A DNA stretch of 64,000 nucleotides, taken from NCBI RefSeq assembly GCF_963921235.1, contig NC_086097.1:19408001-19472000 (forward strand), written 5' to 3'. Shown piece after piece: positions 39,126 through 51,480 of this stretch. The notes beneath the pieces are model-generated. The model was not told the DNA's origin. It worked only from the letters and a program-made list of their open reading frames with translations, and did not search any database. Source of the DNA: Mobula hypostoma. Taxonomy: Eukaryota. Each line of letters begins with the position of its first letter. Positions within the stretch are counted from its first letter, which is position 1. Position numbers and translations under genes: made by a program.

Positions 39126-39251
39126 TGTGTTGAAAGCAGCCTGTGGATGTATTTGTGATCCTGCAGGCAACTTCCTCACCACTAGGAGTTACTCAAAAAC
39201 TTTTCCATATCTTGGGAATTGGAGAGGTGCATGGATAGGAAAGCTTTAGAT

Positions 39252-39331
39252 CAGGGGTTCACAACCTGTTGTCCACAGACCCCTTGGTTAGTGGCACAAG
39301 TCCATGGCATGAAAGAGGTTGGGAACCCCTG
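39252..39331. mobile_element. 80-bp hAT (Charlie-like) MITE
   Basis: TIRs caggggttcacaacc / ggttgggaacccctg; 8-bp flanks ctttagat / gtttagag (6 of 8 match). Confidence 0.75.
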
Positions 39332-40449
39332 GTTTAGAGGGATATGGATCAATGTGGGCAAATGGGACTAGCTTAGATGGATTCTCTCCCAACAAAGATC
39401 CATTGAGCTGAAGAACCTGTTTCCATGCACAAGGGCTCTATAACCATGACAAGTGGTTGCAAACTTCCCCACCAATGGGAACAATCTTCCTGTATCTTGT
39501 CTGCCCAGTCTCACCTAGTTTTAATAGGTTTCAATCAGATTCCCTCGCTTTCTTCTAAGTCCTTGTCAATGTAAACCAATTTGTCCACATGTCATTATCA
39601 CTGTTTTAAATGTATTGTTTTGTGGCTGAAGCACAATGCCAAGACATAAAACTATTATAAATTACAAAATAAACAGATAGTGAAAAAAAGGAATAAGAGA
39701 TAATGTTCCATGGTTTATTGACCATTCAGAAATCTAATGATGGAGAAGAAACTGTTTCTGAATCATTGAGGGTGGGTCTTCAGGCATCCAGACGTCCTTC
39801 CTGATGGAAGAGGGCATGGCCTAGATGAGGAAGTTCCTTAGTGATGAATGCCACCTTCCTGAGACACCAGCTCTTGAAGATGTCTCGATGGTGGGGAGTA
39901 TCAGTGCCAGTTTAAGATTCAGCCTGGGGAAACTTTGCCACACTCTCTCTACAGAAAGCAATTCCTCCCTCAGATGTAGAGACCAAGCCTGCACACAGTA
40001 CACAAGGTCTGGTCTCTTCAAGGCCCTGTACAGGAAACCCAAACGCAGCACAATCCTTGATTATATTCTGCAATTCAATAAGACTGGCTGAATCTGCATC
40101 TTCCTGCCTCTATCCTCATATGGGCAACTTAGGCATTTTTTGATGGTCTAGACTTCAAAACCAACATTTGTCATTTTTAGAGATAATTTGAGAGTTAACC
40201 AGTACAAGAGGTATTTGTAGGCCAGATCAAGTAAACACAGACAGCAGATTTAACCACTTAGGGTTTTACCGTATCCAACTTTTTTCTCATTCTCAAACCC
40301 TACAATTTCATGATATTTAGATCTTTTCTCTACTTTCCTGGCACATCACCTTTGGATACATTGACTTAGTTAACAGTCATTACCAATTGAATGGCTAAAT
40401 TTAAATTCCAGACCTATAATGATGGGATTTGAACTCAGTTCTCTGGATT

Positions 40450-41305
40450 GTTGGTATTGGTACTGGTTTATTAATGTCACATGCACTGAGATACAGTGAA
40501 AAACTTGTCTTGCACATTGTTCATACAGATCAGATCATTACATAGTACATTGAGCTAGAATGAGGTAAAATAGTGCCAATGCAGAATATATGTTGCATGT
40601 CGTGCCAACACACCACAGCAAATTCCTAATACCGTAAACGTAAATGTATACAGCAAATAAAGTTGATTCTTGATCCTAAAATGTAAAACCTACTAAAAAA
40701 GAGCAGTGCAGGGAAGTAATAAATTACAAGATCATAATGTGGTAGGTTTTGAGACCAAAAGTCCATCTTAACTACTATGCCACCAGCATGCCGACATTTT
40801 TTTCAAAGTTCAAAGTAAATTTATTGTCGAAGTACACAGCATGTCGACATATACTATTCTGAGATTCATTTTCCTGCAGGCATTCACAACAGAACAAAGA
40901 CATACAATAGAATCAATGAAAACTGCACACAAAGACGGACAAACAACCAATGTGCAAAAGAAGACAAACTTTGCAAATACAAAAAATAATAATGAATAAG
41001 TAAATAAATAATACTGAGAACGTGAATTGCAGAGTCCTTGAAAGTGAGTTCAGAGGTTGTGGGATTCGTTCAGTGCTGAGGTGGGTGAAGTTATCCTCAC
41101 TGGTTCAGGGTAGTTGAGGGGTAACTATAACCTTATAGCTGAGGGGTAATAACTGTTCCTGAAGCTGGTGGTGTGGAACCTAAAGCTCCCGTACCTCCTT
41201 CCTAATGGTAGCAGCAAGAGGAGAGCATGGCCTGGATGGTGGGGGTCCTTGACGATGAATGTTGCTTTCCTGTAGCAGCACACCTTGCCGATGTGCTCAA
41301 TAGCG
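40450..41305 (-). mobile_element. Cluster of Rex1/Babar-like LINE 3' ends
   Basis: Tails ttggtattggtactggtttatt and ttcaaagttcaaagtaaatttatt; gtacctccttcctaatggtagcagc...gagagcatggcctggatgg ORF-end motif. Confidence 0.65.
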
Positions 41306-42071
41306 GATCCCAGGTGAGCTCAATGCCTTTTATACTCAGTTTAGGCAACAGAACATGGAGGCACCTTTACGAACTCCCTCAGCCCCCGACAATCCTGTGA
41401 TTTCATTCTCTGAGCCCACACAAGAGCATCCTTCAGGTGAGTGAATCCACAGAAAGCACCTGGCCCAGGCGGTGTACCTGGCCAAGGACTAAAGATCTGT
41501 AACCAACTGGCTGGAATGTTTCTAACATCTTTAATCTCTCACTTTGGTACCTACCAGCTTCAAGCAGGCTACAGCCATACAGCCCATGAAGAATGTGGTA
41601 ACCTACCTTAATGACTATCATCCAGTGGTATTGTGATGAGGTGTGAAACGAAGCAGGATGGAGCAGGTTACTTTAAGAGAGGGAACTGCATGACCCATCT
41701 GTGGAGGTTCAGATGTTCTGAAGATCCTGTGAGAGGTGTCACTGCCAGCGTAGATTTAACGACGTCAGACCACTCCGTTTTCATACTCCAATTACACAGT
41801 GATTGGAAACTGTCCTGGCAGCATTGCAGGCACTGGAGAGGAACAGTTGAGCCCATGACTTCAAAGGGACAGCAGGAAAAGGGGAAAATGCTTCGGTGTC
41901 TACTTTGGAGTCATCAGGAAGTGACACAGCAAGGAAGTATGAGGAAGCAAGCTAAGTAGATTCTGTTACAAATCAGAAAGTTCAAAGTACATTTATTATC
42001 AAAGCATATATGCAGTATACAGCCCTGAGAGTCATCTTCCCACTGACAGCCATGCAACAAAGAAACGCCAT

Positions 42072-42872
42072 CACGAGGAAATCTGCAGATGCTGGAATTT
42101 CAAGCAACACACATCAAAGTTGCTGGTGAACGCAGCAGGCCAGGCAGCATCTCTAGGAAGGGGTACAGTCGAAGTTTCGGGCCGAGACCCTTCGTCAGGA
42201 CTAACTGAAAGAAGAGCTAGTAAGAGATTTGAAAGTGGGAGGGGGAGGGGGAGATCCAAAATGATAGAAGACAGGAGGGGGAGGGGATGGAGCCAAGAGC
42301 TGGACAGGTGATTGGCAAACACGTTCCAAGAAAGGATATATGGCTGTGATAGCGAGTCTGAGTCAAAATGTGGTTGAAAAGTTGAAGAGCCGAAGAAATT
42401 ACAGACGGGGAGCAGTGAGAGATGGTCTCGGCCCGAAACGTCGACTGTACCTCTTCCTAGAGATGCTGCCTGGCCTGCTGCATTCACCAGCAACTTTGAT
42501 GTGTGTTGCTTGAATTTCCAGCATCTGCAGATTTCCTCGTGTTTGCGTTTTTAAATTCACTACTGTGAAGCCTCTCCTGGTGACACCTACACTGAAGAAG
42601 TTTAAATCTTCTCTTCAACGGGAGTTCAGTGAAACCATTGCTCACTGCTCCCCATCTGTAATTTCTTTGGCTCTTCAACTTTTCGACCACATTTTGACTC
42701 AGACTCGCTATCACAGCCATATATCCTTTCTTGGAACGTGTTTGCCAATCACCTGTCCAGCTCTTGGCTCCATCTCTCCCCCTCCTGTCTTCTCCTATCA
42801 TTTTGGATCTCCCCCTCCCCCTCCCACTTTCAAATCTCTTACTAGCTCTTCTTTCAGTTAGTCCTGACGAAG
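42072..42872. mobile_element. Non-autonomous Penelope-derived hammerhead element: inverted partial copy (42072-42419) plus one complete permuted 449-nt monomer (42424-42872)
   Basis: TSD aagaaacgccat 42060-42071 / aagaaacaccat 42870-42881; both arms share the junction ggaacgtg|tttgccaatc; it sits inside a minus-strand repeat (about 41978-43200). Confidence 0.88.
42166..42203 (-). ncRNA. Minimal type I hammerhead ribozyme motif
   Basis: Reverse complement: tagtc CTGACGA a gggt-ctcg-gccc GAAAC TTC gactg; stems I and II form and the core boxes are intact; helix III carries G>T relative to the family GAAACGTC. Confidence 0.75.
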
Positions 42873-43850
42873 AAACACCATGGAACCTTTTCAAAGAAAA
42901 CATCAAACACCCAACGCACAAAACAAAGAACAAATCACGCAAACGGCAAAAAAGGAGTGAAAAACACAGAATATTAAACATCAAGCCATAGAGTCATTTA
43001 AACAGTCTAGGAATGTTCAATTTAGTTCAGTTCAATATAGTGCTGTGTCGTTTATTGACTGCAGGCCACAGAGCTAGTCTGCTCCAATCAAAATTGCACA
43101 AAATAGCAATAAAAAAAGGAGTAACCAGAAACTAGAAACACATATAACATGAACTGCAGAGTCCAACCACAAACCACAAACAACTACAAAAAGCTGCAGA
43201 CGCTTAAATATCTGGAATATAAGCAGTGCTGTAACCACCCAACAGGTCAGACAGTGCATTAACCTGCAGAGTGCTTCCATGTTTTCAGTTTTTATTTTCG
43301 GAGTTACTGCAGTTGAATTCATGGTGTTTAATGATGCACTAGAAAAATAATGTTTTTGAGCTACAGAAGTAATTGATAAGTGTCATCATTCTGCGATGCA
43401 TTTAAGGTTAACAGTTGCTGTACAGAAAATGTAATAAAAATGTATTTGCAGTGAAGCATAGTAATGGAGATAATTATATTAGGTTGACAGTGGGAGTACA
43501 GTATACAAGCTCAGTTGTGTACGACATCTGTCTGAAGAATTGATCAATGGAAATTATTAGTGACCCTGCATGGATAAATTAGAGCTGTTAAATCCAGTTT
43601 ACAATGAACTGTTCAGATGAGGGAGAGGGAGAGAGAGTCATTGAAAATGATTGTTCAACAGGAGGGATGGATTGAAGTTGAGGCAAGGTGGATGAGTTCA
43701 GTAATTCTAAAATACAAGGTCCTTTGGAAGTTAGAGAACATGTTTATTCACAGTCCGATTCTCTGTAACAGTGGCATTAACCTTTCAGATGTAATAATTG
43801 GAAATGAATCTGCTGGGAAATAGCCAGCATATCAGACAGCAGCCGTGGTG

Positions 43851-46165
43851 AAACATAGAAACATAGAAAACCTACAGCTCAATACAGGCTCTTCGGCCCA
43901 CAAAGTTGTGCCGAACATGTCCCGACCTTAGAAATTACTAGGTTTACCCATAGCCCTCTATTTTTCTAAGCTCCATGTACCTATCCAAAAGTCTCTTAAA
44001 AGACCCTATTGTATCCGCCTCCATCACCGTTGCCAGCAGCCCATTCCACGCACTCACCACTCTCTGAGTAAAAAAACTTACCCCTGACATCTCCTCTGCC
44101 CTACTCCCCAGCACCTTAAACCTGTGTCCAGTTGTGGCAGCCATTTCATCCCTGGGAAAAATCCTCTGGCTATTCACATGATCAATGCCTCTCATCATCT
44201 TATACACCTCTATCAGGTCACCTCTCATCTTCCGTCGCTCCAAGGAGAAAAGGCCGAGTTCACTCAACTTGTTTTCATAAGGCCTGCTCCCTAATTCAGG
44301 CAACACCCTTGTAATCCTCCTCTGCACCCTTTCTATGGCTTCCACGGCTTCCACATCCTTCCTGTAGTGAGGCGACCAGAACTGAGCACAGTACTCCAAG
44401 TGGGATCTGACCAGGGTCCTATATAGCTGCAACATTACCTCCCGGCTCCTAAATTCAATTTCACGATTAATGAAGGCCAATACACCATATGCCTTCTTAA
44501 CCACAGAGTCAACCTGCGCAGCTGCCTTGAGCGTCCTATGGACTCGGACCCCAAGATCCCTCTGATCCTCCACAATGCCAAGAGTCTTACAATTAATACT
44601 ATATTCTTCCATCATATTTGACCTACCAAATGAACCACCTCACACTTATCTGGGTTGAACTCCATCTGCCACTTCTCAGCCCAGTTTTGCATCCTATCAA
44701 TGTCCCATTGTAACCTCTGACTGCCCTCCACACTATCCACAACACCTCCAACCTTTGTGTCATCAGCAAACTTACCAACCCATCCCTCCACTTCCTCATC
44801 CAGGTCATTTATAAAAATCACGAAGAGTAAGGGTCCCAGAACAGATCCCTGAGGCACTCCACTGGTCACCAGCCTCCATGTAGCATATGGCCCGTCTACA
44901 ACCACTCTTTGCCTTCTGTGGGCAACCCATTTCTGGATCCACAAAGCAATGCCCCCTTGGATCCCATGCATCCTTACTTTCTCAATAAGCCTTGCATGGG
45001 GTACCTTGTCAAATGCCTTGCTGAAATCCATATACACTACATCTACTGCTCTACCTTCATCAATGTGTTTAGTCACATCCTCAAAAAATTCAATCAGGCT
45101 CATAAGGCGCAACCTGCCTTTGACAAAGCCATGCTGACTATTCCTAATCATATTATACCTCTCCAAATGTTCATAAATCCTGCATCTCAGGATCTTCTCC
45201 ATCAGCTTATCAACCACTGAAGTAAGACTCACTGGTCTATAATTTCCTGGGCTATCTCTACTCCCTTTCTTGAATAAAGGAACAACATCCGCAACCCTCC
45301 AATCCTCCGGAACCTCTCCCGTCCCCATTGATGATGCAAAGGTCATCGCCAGAGGCTCAGCAATCTCCTCCCTCACCTCCCACAGTAGCCTGGGGTACAT
45401 CTCAACCAGTCCCGGCAACTTATCCAACTTGAAGCTTTCCAAAAGCTCCAGCACATCCTCTTTCTTAATATCTACATGCTCAAATTTTTCAGTCTGCTGC
45501 AAGTCATCCCTACAATCACCAAGATCCTTTTCCATAGTGAATACTGAAGTAAAGTGTTCATTAAGTACCTCTGCTATTTCCTCCGGTTCCATACACACTT
45601 TCCCACTGTCACACTTGATAGGTCCTATTCTTTCATGTCTTATCCTCTTGCTCTTCACATACTTGTAGAATGCCTTGGGGTTTTTCTTAATCCTGTCCGC
45701 CAAGGCCTTCTCATGGCCCCTTCTGGCTCTCCTAATTTCCTTTTTAAACTCCTTCCTGTTAGCCTTATAATCTTATAGATCTCTAACATAACCTTTTGTA
45801 AGCTTTTTTTTTTCATCTTGACTAGATTTATTACAGCCTTTGTACACCACGGTTCCTGCACCCTAACACAACTTCCCTGTCTCATTGGAACGTACCAATG
45901 CAGACCTCCACACAAATATCCCCTGAACATTTGCCACATTTCTTCCGTACTTTTCCCTGAGAACATCTGTTCCCAATTTAAGCTTCCAATTTCCTTCCTG
46001 ATAGCCTCGTAATTACCCTTATTCCAATTAAACGCTTTTCTAACTTGTCTGTTCCTATCTCTCTCTAATGCTATTGTAAAGGAGATAGAATTATGACCAG
46101 TATCTTCAAAATGCTCTCCCACCTGACCATGTTCATTTCCCAATACCAATTCAAGCACAGTCTGA
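43851..46165 (-). mobile_element. CR1 LINE, 5'-truncated ORF2, fairly well preserved
   Basis: 363-aa ORF 44612-45703 with complete RT motifs (NYRPVSLTS, YMDFSKAFD, GVPQGSVLGP, KFADDTK); 223-aa C-terminal ORF; (catagaaa)n tail. Confidence 0.96.
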
Positions 46166-46419
46166 TGCTTCAAGTTTCTGGAATTTCATCAGGGGCTACA
46201 GGTCAAAGTTTTAAACAAGTACAGAGAAGAGAATGGGAAAGGAGAAGGTCCCTGCTTAGGCGAGGGTCAAACAGGCATAAGGGACGAGAGCACAAAACAA
46301 AACTGGGGTAGGGAATAGTAAGGAGGTGAGGAGAGGTGAAAACAGCAAAAGCAATACCAGCTTCCACTTTGCACAGATAGAAACAATGGATAGGATCTGA
46401 CGTACTGCTGAGTCTGGGA

Positions 46420-47670
46420 AGCTGCAGACAGCACAGGACAGTACAGCGCAGGAACAGGCCCTTCGGCCCACAATGCCTGTGCTGACCATGATGCCAATTT
46501 AAATTGCACAACTGCCTGCACATAGTCCATACCCCTCTCTTCCCTCCCTGTACACATGGCTGTCTAACTGATTCCTAAATGTTGTTAGCGTATCTGCTTA
46601 CCCCACCCTGCAGGAAGAACATCCCAGGCACCCACCACTTTGCATGTTAAAAACGTGTCATATAAATCTCTCTTAAACCTTCCCCCTCTTTCTTTCAAGC
46701 TATGCCCTCTAGTGTTTGGCTTTTCCATCCTCGTTAATAAAACTCTGACTATCTTGCCCCATCAGCTTCTCTCGCAATGTTATAAATTTCAGTCAGGCTT
46801 CCCCTCAACCTCTGGTGCTCCAGAGAAAACAATCCACGTTTGTCCAAACTCTCTGTGCCACGGTAGCGGAGCCGTCAGCACGACGCTATTACAGCTTGGG
46901 ACGTCGGAGTTCAGAGTTCGATTCTGCCATTCTCTGTAAGGAGTCCGTACATCCTCTTCGTTAAATGCGTGTGTTTTCCTCCCACAGTCCAAAGACGAAC
47001 CAGGTTGGTTAATTGGTCATTGAAATCGTTCCGTGATTAGGTTAGGATTAAATCGGGGTTGTTGGAGTTTACCGGTGCAGCATGGCTTGAAGGCCCAGAA
47101 GCGCCTTCTCGTGCTGTAATGCTAAATAAATCTCTAATCCAGGCCATGTGCTGGTGAATCTCTTCTGCAGCATCCCCAAAGCCTCCACGTCCTTCACGTA
47201 ATACAGTGACCGGAACTGCATGCAATACTATAAATGTGGCCTCACCAAAGTTTGATACAACTGCAATGTGGCTTCTCAAATTTCATACCCAGCACCCTAC
47301 TATTTTCAGCCAGCTATGGACTTGCAAACAAAGACCTTCCATCCATTGATGCTGCCTTTTATATTTTCCACTTAAATTGTAACTTTCCAAAGTGCAGCTC
47401 CACATACTTGCCCAGAATAAACTCCATCTTCCACTTCTCTGCCCATAACTTTCATATTGTCTGCAACTCCACTAACTTTCATGTTGTCTGCAAACTTCCT
47501 AACCAGACTACCTACATTTTTATCCAAATGGTTTGACAAACAACAGACGTTCCAACACTGATTATTGTGGGACACCACTGGTCACGAACCCAGATCTTCA
47601 GTCAGAATAACACCTGTTCAGCATTGTCCTCTGCCTTTTATCTCCAAGCTAATTTTGAACCTAGTCTACC
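46420..47670 (-). mobile_element. Degenerate CR1 with a nested V-SINE-like element (46857-47130, +)
   Basis: CR1 tail caggacagtacagcgcaggaacaggcccttcggccc; RKFADNMK; SINE core gttttcctcccacagtccaaagacg. Confidence 0.75.
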
Positions 47671-47671
47671 A

Positions 47672-48465
47672 AAGGTTCAAAGGTACATTTATTATCAAAG
47701 TCTGTGTGCAGTATACAACTCTGATATTTGTCTTCTCCAGATAGTCATGAAACAAAGAAAACCATGGAGGCCATTCAAAGAGAAACATCAACCCCAACAC
47801 ACTCGAAAAACAAACAAATCATGCAATGGTAACACAATAATCAACCCCCCACACACAAAAAAATCACGCAAACGGCAATGAGAACATCAAACGCCAAAGC
47901 CCACCCCACACAAAAAAACTAACAAATTGCACAAACAGCAGCAAGAAAGAATGAGCAAAAACCCAGAATATAAAAACATAAATCTGAAAGAGAACAATTT
48001 GAACTGCAATCCACAATCCAATTCATAAATCGCAGAACGTCGGTAATATCCTCTGACAGCACCAAGGGAGAGAGATACCCCTCGAATGCAGAGGCCTTGC
48101 CTTAGGAGTGAGTGAGACATCACATACAGACATCATCTCCGGCAGCGGCGAGCCAGAGGCAGGTAGTCAGCGATGAATACTCACTCGCCTTCCACATTCA
48201 CCTCAATGTTTCAATAACCCTGGATGCTTTAATCGGAGAGAAATGGAATCGATCATGTGCTTGCACCTCTTCACCTCGAGTCCGCTCACCTCCCGGAACT
48301 TTCTCAGAGACAGCAAAGCACTAGATCACTCATTCAATCGCAGGTCCCAGCAGTACCAAAAACACACTTAAAACTAAAACAACATAGAAGAAGTGAAATG
48401 GACAGGTCTGTGGACTACCTGCAGGATGTCACCTAAGGAAACTTAGTTCACCGGCACCATCTTAT
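47672..48465 (-). mobile_element. Non-autonomous retroelement, same family as 5511-6552
   Basis: aaggttcaaaggtacatttattatcaaagt...atacaactctgatatttgtcttctccagatag (3' end) and ggatgtcacctaagg...ggcaccatctt (5' end). Confidence 0.6.
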
Positions 48466-48542
48466 CCAAGCACCATAATTTTCTGCATCAGTCTAACATG
48501 AGGAACCAAGTCGACAGCTTTATCATGGTTCATGCTCACAGT

Positions 48543-48677
48543 AAACACAAGAGATTCTACAGGTGCTTGAAATCTTGAGCAAAACACATAAAATACTGGA
48601 GGAGCTGAGCAAACCAGGCAGCATCTATGGAGGGGAATAAACGGTTGACGTTTCAGGCAAGACCCTTCATCAGGACC
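48543..48677 (-). mobile_element. Penelope-derived repeat with hammerhead motif (48642-48677)
   Basis: Reverse complement: ggtc CTGATGA agggtcttgcct GAAACGTC aacc; core boxes intact, stem I imperfect. Confidence 0.75.
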
Positions 48678-48914
48678 ATGTTTACATTGTCCACTTCCGT
48701 ACACTCATCATAATCTTTGTCATGTCCTTAAGAAACTCTTCAGGTTTATGAGACAATTATGTATACAATCTTAGTGTTTGAGCAATAACTTCCTCTCTAT
48801 ATTGCTCGTACATTGCAACCTCGCTTGCACATAAGTCTGTACTTTCCAGAAGTCAGTAGGTTCCAACCATAAGAATCATTACTTATAATCTTCCTATCCC
48901 TCACGTAAGGCTCA

Positions 48915-50030
48915 TTTTATTTTTATTTATATATTCTTACATCCAAGGGAGTAAAAATCTTTATGTTGCGTCTCCGTCGTAATGTACAAACAATAAGAAG
49001 AAAGTGTGGGAGGAAATTGCCCAAACACTAAGATTGTATACTTAATTGCTTTGTAAACATGTATGTACAGTCAGATACAATGTACAGTCAGGTATGTAAT
49101 CCGATCAATGTGTATTGATGAATCTGATAGCCTGGTGAAAGAAGCTGTCCCAGAGCCTGTTGGTTCTGGCTTTAATGCTGTGGTACCATTTACCAGGTGG
49201 TAGCGGCTGAAACAGTTTGTGGTTGGGGTGGATGGAGTCCATGATGATCCTCTGAGCCCCTTTTACGCACCTGCTGCTGTAAATGTCCTGAACAGAGGAA
49301 AGTTCACATCCACAGATTCACCGGACTGTCCGCACCACTCTCTGCAGAGCCCTGCAGCTGAGGGTGGTACAGTTCCCATACCAGGCAGTGACACAGGCAG
49401 ATTGCTATGCGTGTTGCCCCTGTAGAAAGTCTGAACTTCTTCAACCGTCAGTTTTGAAAGAGACGCTGTTGTGCATTTTTTTCACCACACAGCTGGTATG
49501 TACAGTCCAGCTGAGATCCTGAGTGACGTGTAAACCGAGGAACCTGAAACTACTCTCCCTCTCAACTGCTGTCCCATTGATATCAATAGGGGTTAGCCTG
49601 TCTCCATTCCTCCTGTAATCCATGATCAACTCAATTGTTTTATCAACGTTGAGGGAGAGGTTGTTTTCATGGCACCACTGTGACAGAGCGTTGACCTCTC
49701 CTCTGTAGGCTGTCTCATTATTGTTGGAAGTAAGGCCTATCGATGTTGTGTCATCCGCAAATTTGATCAGCAGATTGGAGCTGGACATGGCAACATGGTC
49801 GTGGGTGTATAAGGAGTAGAGGAGAAGGCTCAGGACACAGCCTTGGGGGGCTCCTGTGTTGAGGGTCAGAGGGGCAGAGGTGAGGGAGTCCATCCTTACC
49901 ACCTGCCAGCAATCCAACAGGAAGTCCAGGATCCAGCTGTACAAGATGGGGTGCAGGCTGAGGTCTCACAGCTTCTTGTCGAGCCTGGGGGGGGGAATTA
50001 TGGTGTTGAATGCTGAACTGTAGCCCAAGA
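48915..50030 (-). mobile_element. Rex1/Babar LINE, RT C-terminal half + 3'UTR
   Basis: YSSAFNTI, WILDFL, LNTGAPQGCVLS, LIKFADDTT, WCHENNLSLNVDKTIEL, FRFLGLHVTQDLSW. Confidence 0.9.
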
Positions 50031-50394
50031 ATAGATGTTCTGATCTGGCTCTTCTGCCCTTCTTTAACAGAAGAATAACATTGGTTACTCTCCAGACCTC
50101 TGGGACCTCACCCGTTTCTAAAAAGAAAGACAGGAGATACAAGAACATTTTAGAAACTGCTTTTTCCCCTCCACCATAAGGTTTTTGAACAGATAATGAG
50201 CCCATGAAATGACCTCTCAATATTTTTGCTCACTGTTTGCACTACCTACTGTATGCCTCAATGTCTTTCTCTTTGCTGTTGGCAACTGTGGAAAGATAAG
50301 ATGCTGGAACATGAGCTCAAGTTGAACTTCACTGGAACACGAGAAACACATTGTGCAGAGAGTGGAGCAAAGCATTAAAATGACAGAAGTAACT

Positions 50395-50530
50395 CAGGAC
50401 TGATGAAGGGTCTTGGCCAAAACATTGGCTCTTTATTCCTCTCCATAGACACTGCCTGACCTGCTGCGCTCCTCCAGCATTTTGTGTGTGTTCCTCTGGA
50501 TTTCCAGCATCTGCAGAACTACTTGTGTTT
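50395..50530 (+). mobile_element. Penelope-derived repeat with a decayed hammerhead motif
   Basis: CTGATGA agggtcttggcc aaaacattg (GAAA box lost) plus the family tail. Confidence 0.7.
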
Positions 50531-51480
50531 AAAATGACCAGCGAACTCAAGGTCACACTTGTGGACTAAGTTCATATCAATGTTCTGCTGGTGGCCTCTC
50601 AATATAGAGGCTGCATTAAACTTTATTAAAGCCTTATTAGTTTAAATCATTTGAAATCTCTATATCTTAAAGCTTCCACTGAAGTAGGTAAAAGAATCAC
50701 GCACACAAGCTCATCCTTGCTCAATGTAATTCCAGTGCCGGTGTTTAATGGAGGGGACCCCTGTGAGGGGGAGATTTTAAGTGAATGAGGTCCTGTGTGG
50801 GCAGAGATCCACATCAACTCTGGAAACCCAGAAATAATTACTAGCTGTTAAACAATTATTCATAGCTAATTTACACTTTGGAAAGCAGTTCAAGTAGTTT
50901 TTTTCAACTAAGGAATCAGTCGGCTGAAACCGATTAAATACAGTTAATTGTACTTTATTATAGTGCTGGTAAATCACTGTTTTAATATCATATTTTAGAG
51001 CGGAAGTAACAATTAAAAGTTAACCACTTTCAAGTGCTCTGGACTGTACACCAGCTAGGCAAAAGTTACCTGTGAGAATCCAAATCCTGCTCTGTTACGC
51101 AAAAAGATAGGGTAAACATTTACACATTGAATTAGGAACTGCTTAATCTCACATTATTAAGGACATGTTTTTCTTTTTACTTATAAATGTGGAATCATGC
51201 TATTGAAATGCTGGTTGAATCTGTTCATTTTATAAATGATTTGAAGTTTAAACTTTTGGAATAATTTATTGCTTTGAATCCTGCTGAGAAGGCAGGAGGT
51301 GTGATTGATGCCTGCTGAATTACTTGTCACTGCCATGGAACAAGGATACTGTATATATTTTTGTCACACTGGTGGGCTCATTCCCTGGCAGTCGGGGGAA
51401 TAAGCAGTAAAAGATAGTCACAGAAGGCCCCTGTCACATACAGGTCTATCATTAGAAATAAAAATCAGTTAAAGAATAAC

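Noticed and set aside
42071..42991. Overlapping ORFs of 63-166 aa, some similar to ORFs at 37277-37522
   Set aside because: The similarity comes from the repeated, inverted hammerhead element. Only the first roughly 60 codons of 42565-42861 look like a Penelope ORF start.
50295..50400. Possible third palindromic hammerhead insertion (tcag-ga-ctga junction as at 37383-37392)
   Set aside because: The left arm only loosely resembles the inverted family end and no TSD is visible; too decayed to call.
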